Of a DNA stretch of 64,000 nt, positions 10,507 through 20,309 are shown in pieces; within the stretch, counting starts at the first letter, position 1; every line of letters begins with the position of its first letter. The DNA is from an uncultured delta proteobacterium (GTDB taxonomy: Bacteria; Desulfobacterota; Binatia; Binatales; Binataceae): assembly GCA_963724765.1 (NCBI GenBank), contig CAVRVY010000003.1, positions 768,001-832,000 on the forward strand, in the 5' to 3' direction. The notes under the pieces were generated by a model. It searched no databases. It was not told the origin of the DNA and saw only the letters and a list, made by a program, of their open reading frames with translations. Position numbers and translations under genes: made by a program.

Positions 10507-10741
10507 CATCCCTGGGAGGCGGCGCGCGCGCTGCGCCGCGCCGCCTCCCAGGGATGCCAGGCGCATCCGCGTAGCGGCGACAGCAGGGAGCGGCGGCGCG
10601 CTCCCGCGCCGCCGCTCCCTGCCGCCGTATCGAAGCGCACGGCGATGAAGCCGCCGCGCTGGCGTGGCGGCTCCATCGCACGGCGCAGGCTACAAAGCGG
10701 GGCGGGCGGGACGGCGCGCACGCGCCGTCCCGCCCGCCCCG
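10507..10741. repeat. Cluster of four consecutive GC-rich stem-loops between convergent genes
   Basis: Stems at 10507-10556 (20 bp, perfect), 10583-10622 (18 bp, perfect), 10643-10678 (17 bp, imperfect) and 10698-10741 (21 bp, perfect). Confidence 0.9.
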
Positions 10742-10750
10742 TGCGCATCC

Positions 10751-11107
10751 TCAGTTGACGTTCTGTTTGGGGACGAAGCCCGTAACGCCCTTGAACGGCC
10801 CGTCAGTCACTTCGATCACGCTGCCTTCGTCGTTGCTGGTTACGATCCGCACCGGCGTCTGGTCATCAACCTCTTTGGCTGCCAGGTTCGCGCCGATTCC
10901 GCCCAGCATGCCCATCGCACCGCCCTGGGATTTCATTTTCGCCACCTTGTCGTAAGTCGCCTGGTCGGGAAAGACCTTGACCGTATGCTCGCCCGCGCTG
11001 GCGACTACGCGATGGCTGCATCCGGCGACCACAATTGCGATCGCTATCGCCGCGAGCATCAGGCAGGATCGCATGCCAGCGTGAGATTTTGATCTGAGGT
11101 TTCGCAT
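10751..11107 (-). CDS. Small lipoprotein, hypothetical
   Basis: Hydrophobic signal with lipobox VVAGC; start may be at 11074. Confidence 0.7.
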   Translation of the reverse strand: MRNLRSKSHAGMRSCLMLAAIAIAIVVAGCSHRVVASAGEHTVKVFPDQATYDKVAKMKSQGGAMGMLGGIGANLAAKEVDDQTPVRIVTSNDEGSVIEVTDGPFKGVTGFVPKQNVN

Positions 11108-11434
11108 AGGATGTCACCCTCCGGTGCGCGCAGCCGCCGCCGCGCTTCAAGATATGTTCGACAATATTACAGGTGCCGGATTACAGCGACCAGATTGCGG
11201 GATTGGCGATACTAGAGGCTTTCAGAGCGGTGAAGCTACGCTGCGGCGCCTACGGACGGCACGGGCAAATTTGCCGGAGGCCATCACTGCATGGTACTTT
11301 TTTAAGCTCGCGCGACGTTTACCATAGCGTGGGAGTAATGCGCCGGCGGAGTGTGTCGGTGGATTGCGCCGGATCATTGGCGATGTGGGGCGATGTGGTC
11401 GCGGGATTGGCCGCCGCACGCAGGAGGGTTTCGT

Positions 11435-12790
11435 TTGTCCGTACAAAAAGCCGAGGAAGCATCGCCCGCGAGCACCAAGCGCGCGGTCACGATGGAGAAG
11501 CTGGTCAATCTCTGCAAGCGTCGCGGAATCGTCTTTCCCGCAAGCGAGATTTACGGCGGTCTCGGCTCCACCTGGGACTACGGCCCGCTTGGCATCGAGC
11601 TCAAGCGCAACGTCAAGGAGGCGTGGTGGCGCGCGATGGTGACGACGCGCAGCGACGTCGTCGGCCTCGACAGCGCCATCCTGCAGCATCCGCGCACCTG
11701 GGAGGCCTCGGGCCATCTGCAGAACTTCACCGACCCGCTGGTCGACTGCAAAAGCTGCAAGCAGCGCTTCCGCGCCGACCACGTCGAGGGCAACCGATGC
11801 CCCGAGTGCGGCGGCGAGCTTACCGAGGCGCGCAGCTTCAACCTGATGTTCAAGACCTTCATGGGTCCGGTGGAGGACAGCGCGAACGTGGTCTACCTGC
11901 GTCCCGAGACCGCGCAGGGCATCTTCCTGAACTTCGCCAACATCATCGACACGCAGCGGGTCAAGCTGCCGTTCGGAGTGGCGCAAAGCGGCAAGTCGTT
12001 CCGCAACGAGATCACGCCCGGCAACTTCATCTTTCGCACCCGCGAGTTTGAGCAGATGGAAATGGAGTTTTTCGTCAAGCCCGATCCGGCCGAGGAGGCG
12101 CGATGGTTTGATTACTGGGTCGAGGAGCGTTTCAACTGGTACGTGAATTACGGTGTGCGGCGCGAGCATCTGAAGCTGCGCCCGCATGAGAAGGACGAAC
12201 TCTCGCATTACTCACGCGGCACCACCGACGTCGAATATCTTTATCCGTTCGGTTGGGGCGAGTTGGAAGGTATCGCCAAGCGCGGCAGCTTTGATCTTGA
12301 CCAGCACGCGCAGTATAGCGGCAAGGACCTGACCTACTTTGACGAGGAAGCCAAGGCGCGCTACCGCCCGTGGGTGATCGAGCCGGCCGCGGGCGTGGAT
12401 CGCGCGATGCTCGCGTTCATGCTCGACGCTTACGACGAGGACGTGGTCGAGAACGAAGAGCGGATCGTGCTCCGTCTCGATCCGCGCCTCGCGCCGGTCA
12501 AGGCCGCGGTCTATCCACTGCTGCGCAAAGCCGGGCAGCCCGAAAAGGCGCAAGAGGTGTTGCGGATGCTCAAGCGGAATTTCACGGCCGCCTACGACCA
12601 GGCCGGTTCGATCGGACGGCGCTATCGCCGCCAGGACGAAGTGGGTACGCCTTTCGGTATCACGATCGATCATCAGACCATGGAAGACGACACCGTAACG
12701 CTGCGCGACCGCGACTCGACCGAGCAGGTGCGATTCAAAATCGCGGCGCTGCCCGCGGAGTTGACCGAGCGTATCGGCTGGCATCGCTAG
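11435..12790 (+). CDS. glyQS: Glycine--tRNA ligase, alpha2 (homodimeric) type
   Basis: DYGPLGIELK, YLRPETAQGIF, FRNEITP, FRTREFEQME, IGRRYRRQDEVGTP; TTG start after GGAGG. Confidence 0.95.
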   Translation: MSVQKAEEASPASTKRAVTMEKLVNLCKRRGIVFPASEIYGGLGSTWDYGPLGIELKRNVKEAWWRAMVTTRSDVVGLDSAILQHPRTWEASGHLQNFTDPLVDCKSCKQRFRADHVEGNRCPECGGELTEARSFNLMFKTFMGPVEDSANVVYLRPETAQGIFLNFANIIDTQRVKLPFGVAQSGKSFRNEITPGNFIFRTREFEQMEMEFFVKPDPAEEARWFDYWVEERFNWYVNYGVRREHLKLRPHEKDELSHYSRGTTDVEYLYPFGWGELEGIAKRGSFDLDQHAQYSGKDLTYFDEEAKARYRPWVIEPAAGVDRAMLAFMLDAYDEDVVENEERIVLRLDPRLAPVKAAVYPLLRKAGQPEKAQEVLRMLKRNFTAAYDQAGSIGRRYRRQDEVGTPFGITIDHQTMEDDTVTLRDRDSTEQVRFKIAALPAELTERIGWHR

Positions 12791-12888
12791 GCCCGCCGCG
12801 TCCGCGACGGCTGGCGAGTTGCTGTGCGGTGCGATTTTTTGTTTTGAAGATCCCCGCGCGTGCGGGGAGGGGAGAATAATTTCCGACG

Positions 12889-15624
12889 ATGGCGCGTGTT
12901 CATCCTGAAATCTATTTCTTCGGCGCGGGCGTGGCCGAGGGCCGCGCCGCGATGCGGGAGCTTCTGGGCGGCAAGGGCGCAGGCCTGCACGAGATGGCCT
13001 CGCTCAAGCTGCCGGTACCGCCCGGCTTCACCATCACGACGCGCGTGTGCACCTACTTCTACACGCACGGCGGCAAGTACCCGGCCGGCCTCAAGGAAGG
13101 GGTCGCCAAGAGCGTCGCGCGAATCGAGAAGGCGATGGGCCGGCGGTTCGGCGATGCGACGAGCCCGCTCCTGGTCTCGGTGCGCTCCGGCGCGCGCGTC
13201 TCGATGCCCGGGATGATGGACACGGTGCTCAACCTGGGGCTCACTGACGAAACCGTCAAGGGACTCGAGTCGGCGAGTCAGAACGCGCGCTTCGCGTGGG
13301 ACTCCTACCGGCGCTTCTGCCAGATGTACGGCGACGTCGTGCTGAAGCTGAAACCCGAGAACAAGAATGATCCCGATCCTTTCGAAGAGCTGATCGATCG
13401 GAAGAAGGCGCTGCGCGGCGTTATCCAGGACGTCGATCTTACCGCTGACGATCTGAAGGAACTGGTCGGCGAATTCCGCGCACTCATCCGCGCCCGCACC
13501 GGGCAGGACGTGCCGCAGGATCCGTGGCAGCAGTTGTGGGCGGCGATCGGTGCGGTGTTCGAGTCGTGGAACAACGATCGTGCCATGACCTACCGCAAGA
13601 TGAACAACATCCCGGGCGACTGGGGTACCGCGGTCACCGTGCAATCGATGGTCTTCGGCAACCTCGGCGCCGATTGCGCAACCGGCGTCGCCTTTACCCG
13701 CGATCCCTCCACCGGCGCAAAGGGCATCTACGGTGAGTTTCTGCCCAACGCGCAGGGCGAAGACGTGGTCGCGGGTATTCGCACGCCGCGTCAAATAAGC
13801 CTTGCCGCCGGTCGCGAGTGGGCCAAGCGCGGCGGCATCAGCGAAGATGAGCGCCGCGACAAGCACGCGACGCTGGAGGAGAGTTTTCCCGCGGCCTACC
13901 GCGATCTGCTGAAAGTCGCGGCGCGGCTGGAGCGCCATTTCCGCGACATGCAGGACCTCGAGTTCACCATCGAGCGCGGCAAGCTCTTCATGCTCCAGAC
14001 CCGCAACGGCAAACGCACCGCCGAGGCCGCGGTCCGCGCGGCGGTCGAGATGACGCAGGAGAAGCTGATCGATCGCGGCATAGCGCTGCTGCGCGTTGAA
14101 CCGGTGCAACTCGAACAACTGCTCCATCCGCGGCTCGATCCGCGCGCTCCCAAAAAGGTGTTGGCGCGCGGACTGCCCGCGTCGCCGGGCGCCGTGGCGG
14201 GCGAAGCCGTGTTCAGCGCCGACGAGGCTGTCGCGGTGACCAAGGCCGGGCGCAAGGTGATCCTGGTGCGCATCGAGACTTCGCCCGAGGACATCCACGG
14301 GATGCAGGTGGCGGAGGGAATCCTGACCGCACGCGGCGGGATGACCAGCCATGCCGCGGTGGTGGCGCGCGGGATGGGCAAGTGTTGCGTGGCGGGATGC
14401 TCGGAGATCGAAATCAACTACGCGGCCGGCACGCTCAGCGCCGCCGGCAAGGTGATTCATCGCGGCGAATACCTGACGCTCGACGGCACCGCCGGCGAGG
14501 TCATCGAGGGACGCGTGCCGACCGTCGAGCCGGTGATGTCGCCGTTCTTCAAGAAATTTCTTGGATGGGCCGACGCCGAGCGGCGTCTTGGCGTGCGCGC
14601 CAATGCCGACACCCCGCACGACGCCAGGACTGCGCGCGAGTTCGGCGCCGAGGGGATCGGGCTCTGCCGCACGGAGCATATGTTCTTCGCGCCGGAGCGA
14701 ATCGAAGCGGTGCGCGAAATGATCCTGGCCGAGAACGGCGAGCAACGCGCGCGCGCCTTGGCCAAGATTGTGCCGATGCAGCGCGACGATTTCGTCGGCA
14801 TCCTGCGCGAGATGAAGGGGCTGCCGGTGACGATCCGCCTGCTCGATCCGCCACTGCACGAGTTCCTGCCCAAGGAGGACTCGGAGATTCGCGACCTTGC
14901 CGCCAAGATCGGCGTCACTCCGGATCATCTCAAACAGGTGCGCGACAGCCTGTTCGAGTTCAACCCGATGCTGGGGCATCGCGGCTCGCGCCTGGGCATC
15001 AGCTACCCCGAGATCTACAAGGCGCAGGTCCGCGCGATCCTCGAGGCCGCCACCCAGTTGCATGCCGAGGGCGTGCGCGTGATTCCCGAAATCATGCTGC
15101 CGCTCATCGGCGAGCGCCGCGAATACGAGGTGCTGGCATCCGAAATTCGCGAGGTCGCCAAGGAACTGCGCACGCGCGTCAAGTATTCGATCGGCACGAT
15201 GATCGAGGTGCCGCGCGCCTGCATCGAGGCCGGCGAGATCGGCGCGGTCGCCGAGTTCTTTTCGTTCGGAACCAACGACCTCACCCAGATGACTTACGGG
15301 CTCTCGCGCGACGACTCGGGCAAATTTCTTGGCGACTATATCGAGCGTGGCATCTACAAGACCGACCCGTTTGCGCAACTCGATCCCGACGGCGTCGGCG
15401 GCCTGATGCGAATCGCAATCGAGCGCGGGCGCAAGGCCAACCCCAAACTCAAGCTCGGCATCTGCGGCGAGCACGGCGGCGATCCCGAGAGCGTCAAGCT
15501 CTGCCATCGCCTGGGACTCGACTACGTTTCCTGCTCGCCGTTTCGGATTCCGGTCGCACGGCTGGCCGCCGCACAGGCCGCGATCGAGGAGCGTCGCACC
15601 AAGCGCGCCTTCAAGGACGTATAG
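12889..15624 (+). CDS. ppdK: Pyruvate, phosphate dikinase
   Basis: LLGGKG, SVRSGARVSMPGMMDT, GGMTSHAAVVARG, GIGLCRTEHMFF, FSFGTNDLTQ. Confidence 0.97.
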   Translation: MARVHPEIYFFGAGVAEGRAAMRELLGGKGAGLHEMASLKLPVPPGFTITTRVCTYFYTHGGKYPAGLKEGVAKSVARIEKAMGRRFGDATSPLLVSVRSGARVSMPGMMDTVLNLGLTDETVKGLESASQNARFAWDSYRRFCQMYGDVVLKLKPENKNDPDPFEELIDRKKALRGVIQDVDLTADDLKELVGEFRALIRARTGQDVPQDPWQQLWAAIGAVFESWNNDRAMTYRKMNNIPGDWGTAVTVQSMVFGNLGADCATGVAFTRDPSTGAKGIYGEFLPNAQGEDVVAGIRTPRQISLAAGREWAKRGGISEDERRDKHATLEESFPAAYRDLLKVAARLERHFRDMQDLEFTIERGKLFMLQTRNGKRTAEAAVRAAVEMTQEKLIDRGIALLRVEPVQLEQLLHPRLDPRAPKKVLARGLPASPGAVAGEAVFSADEAVAVTKAGRKVILVRIETSPEDIHGMQVAEGILTARGGMTSHAAVVARGMGKCCVAGCSEIEINYAAGTLSAAGKVIHRGEYLTLDGTAGEVIEGRVPTVEPVMSPFFKKFLGWADAERRLGVRANADTPHDARTAREFGAEGIGLCRTEHMFFAPERIEAVREMILAENGEQRARALAKIVPMQRDDFVGILREMKGLPVTIRLLDPPLHEFLPKEDSEIRDLAAKIGVTPDHLKQVRDSLFEFNPMLGHRGSRLGISYPEIYKAQVRAILEAATQLHAEGVRVIPEIMLPLIGERREYEVLASEIREVAKELRTRVKYSIGTMIEVPRACIEAGEIGAVAEFFSFGTNDLTQMTYGLSRDDSGKFLGDYIERGIYKTDPFAQLDPDGVGGLMRIAIERGRKANPKLKLGICGEHGGDPESVKLCHRLGLDYVSCSPFRIPVARLAAAQAAIEERRTKRAFKDV

Positions 15625-15695
15625 CGCAAGCGCGCATACTGGCCGGCGCGCCGCGGATACTCGGCGGGCGATCTCTGCGCGGCCGACCGCCCTCG

Positions 15696-16604
15696 TTAGC
15701 CGAGGTAGTCTTCGACGCGAATCGCGGTGACGGGAACCTGGCGGACCCGGTTGTCGCGCAGAATCTTCAGCTTGACGATCTCCCCCGCGTGATGGTTGTT
15801 GATCGTCTCATATAACGTGCGCCGGTCGTGGATCTCATGCTCGTCGGCGGACAGCACCACGTCGCCCTGCTTGAGCCCGGCCTTCTCGCCCGGGCTTCCC
15901 GGCATCACACCCGCAATCACCACGTGCTCGCGCAGCGTGTAAGACAGCACCCCCAGCCACAGCCGCGACGGCACGCTGACGCGCCGGCCGTGGCGCACCA
16001 ACTCATCGCGGCTCAGGATGAAGCATTCGCCGGGGATGGCCAGGATAGCGCGGCTCAGGTCAGCGAAATTAAGATACGAAATGCCGATGACCTGCCCGCG
16101 CGAGTTGCAAATCGGTCCGCCGTTGAGTCCGATGTTGAGCGCCGAGGCGGTCACGCAGATGCATCGTTCGAGCACGAACTCCCACGCCGCGTCGAACGGG
16201 CCGAGGTACGTGATATGCCCAACATCGGCGCATCGCTTCTCGCCTCCGAGGCTCGACACCATGAATACTTCCTGGCCGGGCGAACAGGTCAGCGACGAGA
16301 TCGCCTGCAGGAAAGGCAGCCCGCGGCCGTCAACCTTTAGCAGCGCGATGTTGGTCGTAAAGTCCTGCGCCACGATCGCCGCCGGCATCTCCTGGCCGCT
16401 GCAGAGCGTGACCGATACGCTCTGCGCACCCATCAGCATGTAATTGACTGTGATGATGAGTCCGTCCGCACTGACCAGCGTGCCGGTTCCGTTGCGGTCG
16501 GTGCCAAGCCCGATGCTGGCCGAGGGATGTGAGGCCGGTACCACCGAATGAATACCGACGGTCGCGTGCGCGACCTTCTCAAGCAGAGACAACGTGGCGT
16601 TCAA
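15696..16604 (-). CDS. Trypsin-like (S1C) serine protease-family protein with PDZ domain, possibly inactive
   Basis: GTGTLVSADGLIITVNY (His replaced), GLNGGP (catalytic Ser replaced), C-terminal PDZ SPGEKAGLKQGD. Confidence 0.8.
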   Translation of the reverse strand: MNATLSLLEKVAHATVGIHSVVPASHPSASIGLGTDRNGTGTLVSADGLIITVNYMLMGAQSVSVTLCSGQEMPAAIVAQDFTTNIALLKVDGRGLPFLQAISSLTCSPGQEVFMVSSLGGEKRCADVGHITYLGPFDAAWEFVLERCICVTASALNIGLNGGPICNSRGQVIGISYLNFADLSRAILAIPGECFILSRDELVRHGRRVSVPSRLWLGVLSYTLREHVVIAGVMPGSPGEKAGLKQGDVVLSADEHEIHDRRTLYETINNHHAGEIVKLKILRDNRVRQVPVTAIRVEDYLG

Positions 16605-16858
16605 AACTTCGCTCCGTAAAAACTCGCGGGCGGACTGTCGACCGCCGCGCGAACCTGCGCCTTGACAGATTTGAGCATAGTGGCGCGCCGTTTCAAGCTC
16701 CGTGAAACATGGCGGATCAACATATTCAACATATTGTGGACGGCCGTGTCCGCGGGCCGCGGGAGGCTCGCTTGATTTTTGTCAGTTTGACTTTTATCCC
16801 CTACCGGGCCTAGGCACAATTCTGTAGCGTCTGGCGGGTCACTGAGGGTTTTGAAGCG

Positions 16859-17038
16859 ATGGAAGCGTTGAAGGTGGTATCGGCCGACTCAAACATGACA
16901 GAACCGGGCGCATTGTGGGCGGAGCGGCTGGGTAAAAAATATCGCGACCGCGCGCCCGAGAATTTCGCCGGCGTGCCGGCCGAGATAACCAACCGGATCG
17001 TGTTCGAGAACGCCAACCGCCTGTACGATAGGACTTGA
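16859..17038 (+). pseudogene. Amidohydrolase family remnant with an in-frame internal deletion
   Basis: MEALKVVSADSNMTEPGALWAERLGKKYRDRAP fused directly to ENFAGVPAEITNRIVFENANRLYDRT*; typical N- and C-termini of Amidohydro_2 proteins. Confidence 0.75.
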
Positions 17039-17073
17039 AGTAGAAAGACGGCGGCGATTACTACGCCGGGGCG

Positions 17074-17565
17074 ATGAAAGCTGGCACAATGGGCGTCGAG
17101 CGAAGCGCAATCGAGCGATTTCTCTACCACGAGGCGCGCCTGATGGATAACCATCGGTACGACGACTGGCATGCGCTGTGGGCCGATGACGGCCAAGTAA
17201 TCTATTGGGTGCCGTGCAATGGCGACGACCTGGATCCCAGGGTCAACGTCTCGATCATTTACGACACCCGCACGCAGTTGCGTAACCGGATTACGCGTCT
17301 GCGCGAAACGCTTTGGCTGAACGAGCAGGCGCCGCGGCTCAGCCGCGTAATCTCGAACGTCGAAATCGAGGACGAGACGCCTGCCGAAGTGACGGCCAGC
17401 TCCAACTTCATCCTGGCCCAACTGCATCGGCACAATCAGTACCTGTGGGCGGGAACCTCGATTCACAAGCTGGTCCCGGCCGGCGACAGCTTCAGGATTC
17501 GCTCGAAGAAGGTCGTGCTGATCAACAACGATGAACCGATGCCCAACCTGGTGTTTCTGATTTAG
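17074..17565 (+). CDS. Aromatic ring-hydroxylating dioxygenase beta subunit
   Basis: FLYHEARLMD, YWVP, RVISNV, KKVVLIN. Confidence 0.92.
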   Translation: MKAGTMGVERSAIERFLYHEARLMDNHRYDDWHALWADDGQVIYWVPCNGDDLDPRVNVSIIYDTRTQLRNRITRLRETLWLNEQAPRLSRVISNVEIEDETPAEVTASSNFILAQLHRHNQYLWAGTSIHKLVPAGDSFRIRSKKVVLINNDEPMPNLVFLI

Positions 17566-17593
17566 TCGTCGTGCGCCAGTGGCGACACGATGA

Positions 17594-18901
17594 ATGAATG
17601 AGTTGTCAGGCGAGGGCCGGGCAAGGACTACGATGCCTTCCACGCAAGCCGACTATAACCATCTGGTTCAGGACGATCGCGTAAACGGACGAGTCTACTA
17701 CGATCCGGCCGTCTTCGAAGAGGAGCTGGAGAAAATCTGGTATCGGGACTGGATATACGTGGCTCATGAGAGTGAGATTCCCGAGCCGGGCGACTATGTA
17801 ACGCGCCGGATCGGGTTGCAACCGGTCATCGTCTCGCGCGACGAAGACCGCGCGGTCCACCTGTTGCTCAACCGCTGCATGCATCGCGGCAACACTGTAT
17901 GCCAGAGCGAGCGCGGCAACGCGCACGCCTTCCGCTGCGCCTACCACGGATGGACCTACAACAATCGCGGCGCGCTGGTAGGAGTGCCATACGCGGCCGG
18001 CTATGACGGTTCCTTCTCTCGTGAGGAATTCCCGCTGGCGCGGGTGGCGCGGATGGCGTCTTATCGTGGACTCATCTTCGGCAGCATGATCGCGTCGGGG
18101 CCGAGCCTTAAGGAGCGGCTGGGCAACGCTGCGAGGCTAATTGACCAGTTCGTCGATCTGTCGCCCGAAGGCGAGGTTGTGCTGCGTTCGGGAGTGCTCA
18201 AACATTCGTTCAAGGGCAACTGGAAGATGGCGCTTGAGAACGCGGTCGACGGCTACCATCCAAACATCCTGCATCACGCGGCGATGATGCTGATCACCAA
18301 GGGGCGCAAGGTCGACATGGAGTCGGTTTTCGGCGAGCACACCGACGCGCTCGCGCGCGACCTGGGCAACGGCAGCGCCCAACTCGACCTGACTGCGGTG
18401 AACCGTGACCGCGGCGGGCGGGTGGTACCGCACGGATGGAGTCCCGCGGCGTGGCAACAATACCAGGGCGCGATGCAACTGCGCTACGGAGCGGATCGCG
18501 CGCGCGAAATAATGGAAATCGGCGGCCCGCACTTCTGTATATTCCCGAATATTATTTTCATACTTAACCAGTTCCGCATCATCCAGCCGGTGAGCGTCAA
18601 TGAGACAGTCGTCTATTACTATCCGACGATGCTCAAAGGAGCGCCCGAGGAGATGAATCAACGCCGTCTCGCCGAGACTTACCTGATTCACGGGCCGGCG
18701 GGACGCGTTGCCCCCGATGATTTCGAGGCCTACGAGCGCAACCAGGAGGGCTTCCGCGCGCAGACCAACGAATGGCTGGTGCTGCGCCGCGGACTCCATC
18801 GCGAACAGCGCGAGCCCGCCGGCACCATTGCCGGCCATGAAACCGACGAAACCACGCAGCGCGGAATCTGGCGCCACTACCGCGAGGTGATGCGCCCGTA
18901 G
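17594..18901 (+). CDS. Rieske aromatic ring-hydroxylating dioxygenase alpha subunit
   Basis: NRCMHRG...CAYHGW Rieske motif, NWKMALENAVDGYHPNILH, DDFEAYE; start may be at 17633. Confidence 0.93.
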   Translation: MNELSGEGRARTTMPSTQADYNHLVQDDRVNGRVYYDPAVFEEELEKIWYRDWIYVAHESEIPEPGDYVTRRIGLQPVIVSRDEDRAVHLLLNRCMHRGNTVCQSERGNAHAFRCAYHGWTYNNRGALVGVPYAAGYDGSFSREEFPLARVARMASYRGLIFGSMIASGPSLKERLGNAARLIDQFVDLSPEGEVVLRSGVLKHSFKGNWKMALENAVDGYHPNILHHAAMMLITKGRKVDMESVFGEHTDALARDLGNGSAQLDLTAVNRDRGGRVVPHGWSPAAWQQYQGAMQLRYGADRAREIMEIGGPHFCIFPNIIFILNQFRIIQPVSVNETVVYYYPTMLKGAPEEMNQRRLAETYLIHGPAGRVAPDDFEAYERNQEGFRAQTNEWLVLRRGLHREQREPAGTIAGHETDETTQRGIWRHYREVMRP

Positions 18902-18908
18902 CCCGGCG

Positions 18909-20135
18909 TCAGCGCGGCTCGCGATGCAGAATGCCCGTGCGCTCGAGCTCTTCAACCCGCTCGCGCGAATAGCCGAGGTAGCCAGTAAGAATCTCCTCGT
19001 TGTGCTGCCCAAGCATCGGTGCGCCATCACCGGCCGGCTCGGGAAAGCTCGAGAAGTGCAGCGGAAACCCGGGCAGGTCAAAGCTGCCCAGGATCGGATC
19101 GTGGACGGTGGCGACCGTGCCACGTTGGCGAAGGTGCGGAAGCTTGAGCGCCTCGTCGGGCGAGAGCACGGGCGCCGCCGGCACGCGATGCTCGGCCAGG
19201 CGATCCATCGCGGCTTGGTCGCTCGGCATCGCGGCGAGCCATCCCTCGATGATGCGAATCAGCTCGGGGAGGTTCTCGAGCCGCCGCGAATTGGTCCTGA
19301 AGCGATCGTCGCTCGCTAGCTCGGACCGCCCCATTGCGTCGCACAACTGCGCGAACTGGTGGTCGATACCGGCGATGATGATGATATAGCGCTCGTGCCC
19401 TTTGAACATCCCGCACGGCGCGGCGTAGGAGATATGATGGCCGCTGCGCTCCGGCTTAATCGCGCCGCCGCTTAGACTGTACATCTGGATCGCCGTGTGA
19501 TGGCAGTGGAAGTAGGCGTCGAGCAACGCGATGTCGAGAAACTGGCCCTCGCCGGTGCGCTCGCGATGCAGCAGCGCCGCCACCACTGCCAGCGCCGCGT
19601 GCACGCCTGTGCTCACGTCGCCGAGCGCTGCGGCCGGAAAGTAGGGCGGGCCGTCCACTTCACCGATCATGTAGGTAATTCCCGAGTACGCCTGCGCGAT
19701 GAAGTCGTAGCCCGGCAGATGCGCGAGCGGACCCTGCTGACCGAAGGTCGAGACCGAGCACATCACGATACGCGAGTTGAGCGCGCGCGCGGCCTCGTAA
19801 TCCAGGCCCATCCGCGCGATCACGCCGGGCGCGAAATTCTCCACCACCACGTCGACCTTGGCCACGAGTTCCTTAAGAATCGCGAGGCCGGCCGGATTCT
19901 TGACGTCGAGGCAGAGACTGCGCTTGCCCAGGTTTTGCTGGACGAAGTAGCCGCTGCGATGATCGCGGACAAGAGGCAGCGTGCGTGTGCGGTCGCCGTC
20001 GGGCGCAATCTCCACCTTGATAACCTCGGCGCCCATTTGCGCCATCATCCTGGTGACGGTGGGCCCGGCGATGAACTGGGTGAAGTCGAGGACTTTGTAG
20101 CCGTCGAGTACGTGGGTCGGTCGGTTTGAACTCAT
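18909..20135 (-). CDS. CoA-transferase family III (CaiB/BaiF)
   Basis: VLDFTQFIAGP, GAEVIKVE, VENFAPG, GD catalytic Asp. Confidence 0.92.
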   Translation of the reverse strand: MSSNRPTHVLDGYKVLDFTQFIAGPTVTRMMAQMGAEVIKVEIAPDGDRTRTLPLVRDHRSGYFVQQNLGKRSLCLDVKNPAGLAILKELVAKVDVVVENFAPGVIARMGLDYEAARALNSRIVMCSVSTFGQQGPLAHLPGYDFIAQAYSGITYMIGEVDGPPYFPAAALGDVSTGVHAALAVVAALLHRERTGEGQFLDIALLDAYFHCHHTAIQMYSLSGGAIKPERSGHHISYAAPCGMFKGHERYIIIIAGIDHQFAQLCDAMGRSELASDDRFRTNSRRLENLPELIRIIEGWLAAMPSDQAAMDRLAEHRVPAAPVLSPDEALKLPHLRQRGTVATVHDPILGSFDLPGFPLHFSSFPEPAGDGAPMLGQHNEEILTGYLGYSRERVEELERTGILHREPR

Positions 20136-20309
20136 GCATTAGTCCGGGTGCGGAGTCGGGCACTCTACGCCTTCGCGCGCTGCGCCCACGGAAGCTTTCA
20201 GCTAGCACTAAGACAAGCGCGTTTGGGTTGTCAAGTTTGATCGCTTTAGGCAGTCTCGGCATCCAGTCTCGGTATTGTTTGATGAGACGCAGTAAAAGGA
20301 GAGAGCGTC

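Noticed and set aside
10507-10741. CRISPR array
   Set aside because: The units are non-identical inverted repeats without a repeat-spacer pattern, and there are no cas genes in the window
12787-15507. 906-aa ORF antisense to ppdK (and similar long shadow ORFs over priA, rsmB, glgX and dnaN)
   Set aside because: Expected artefact of high-GC codon bias; no recognisable motifs
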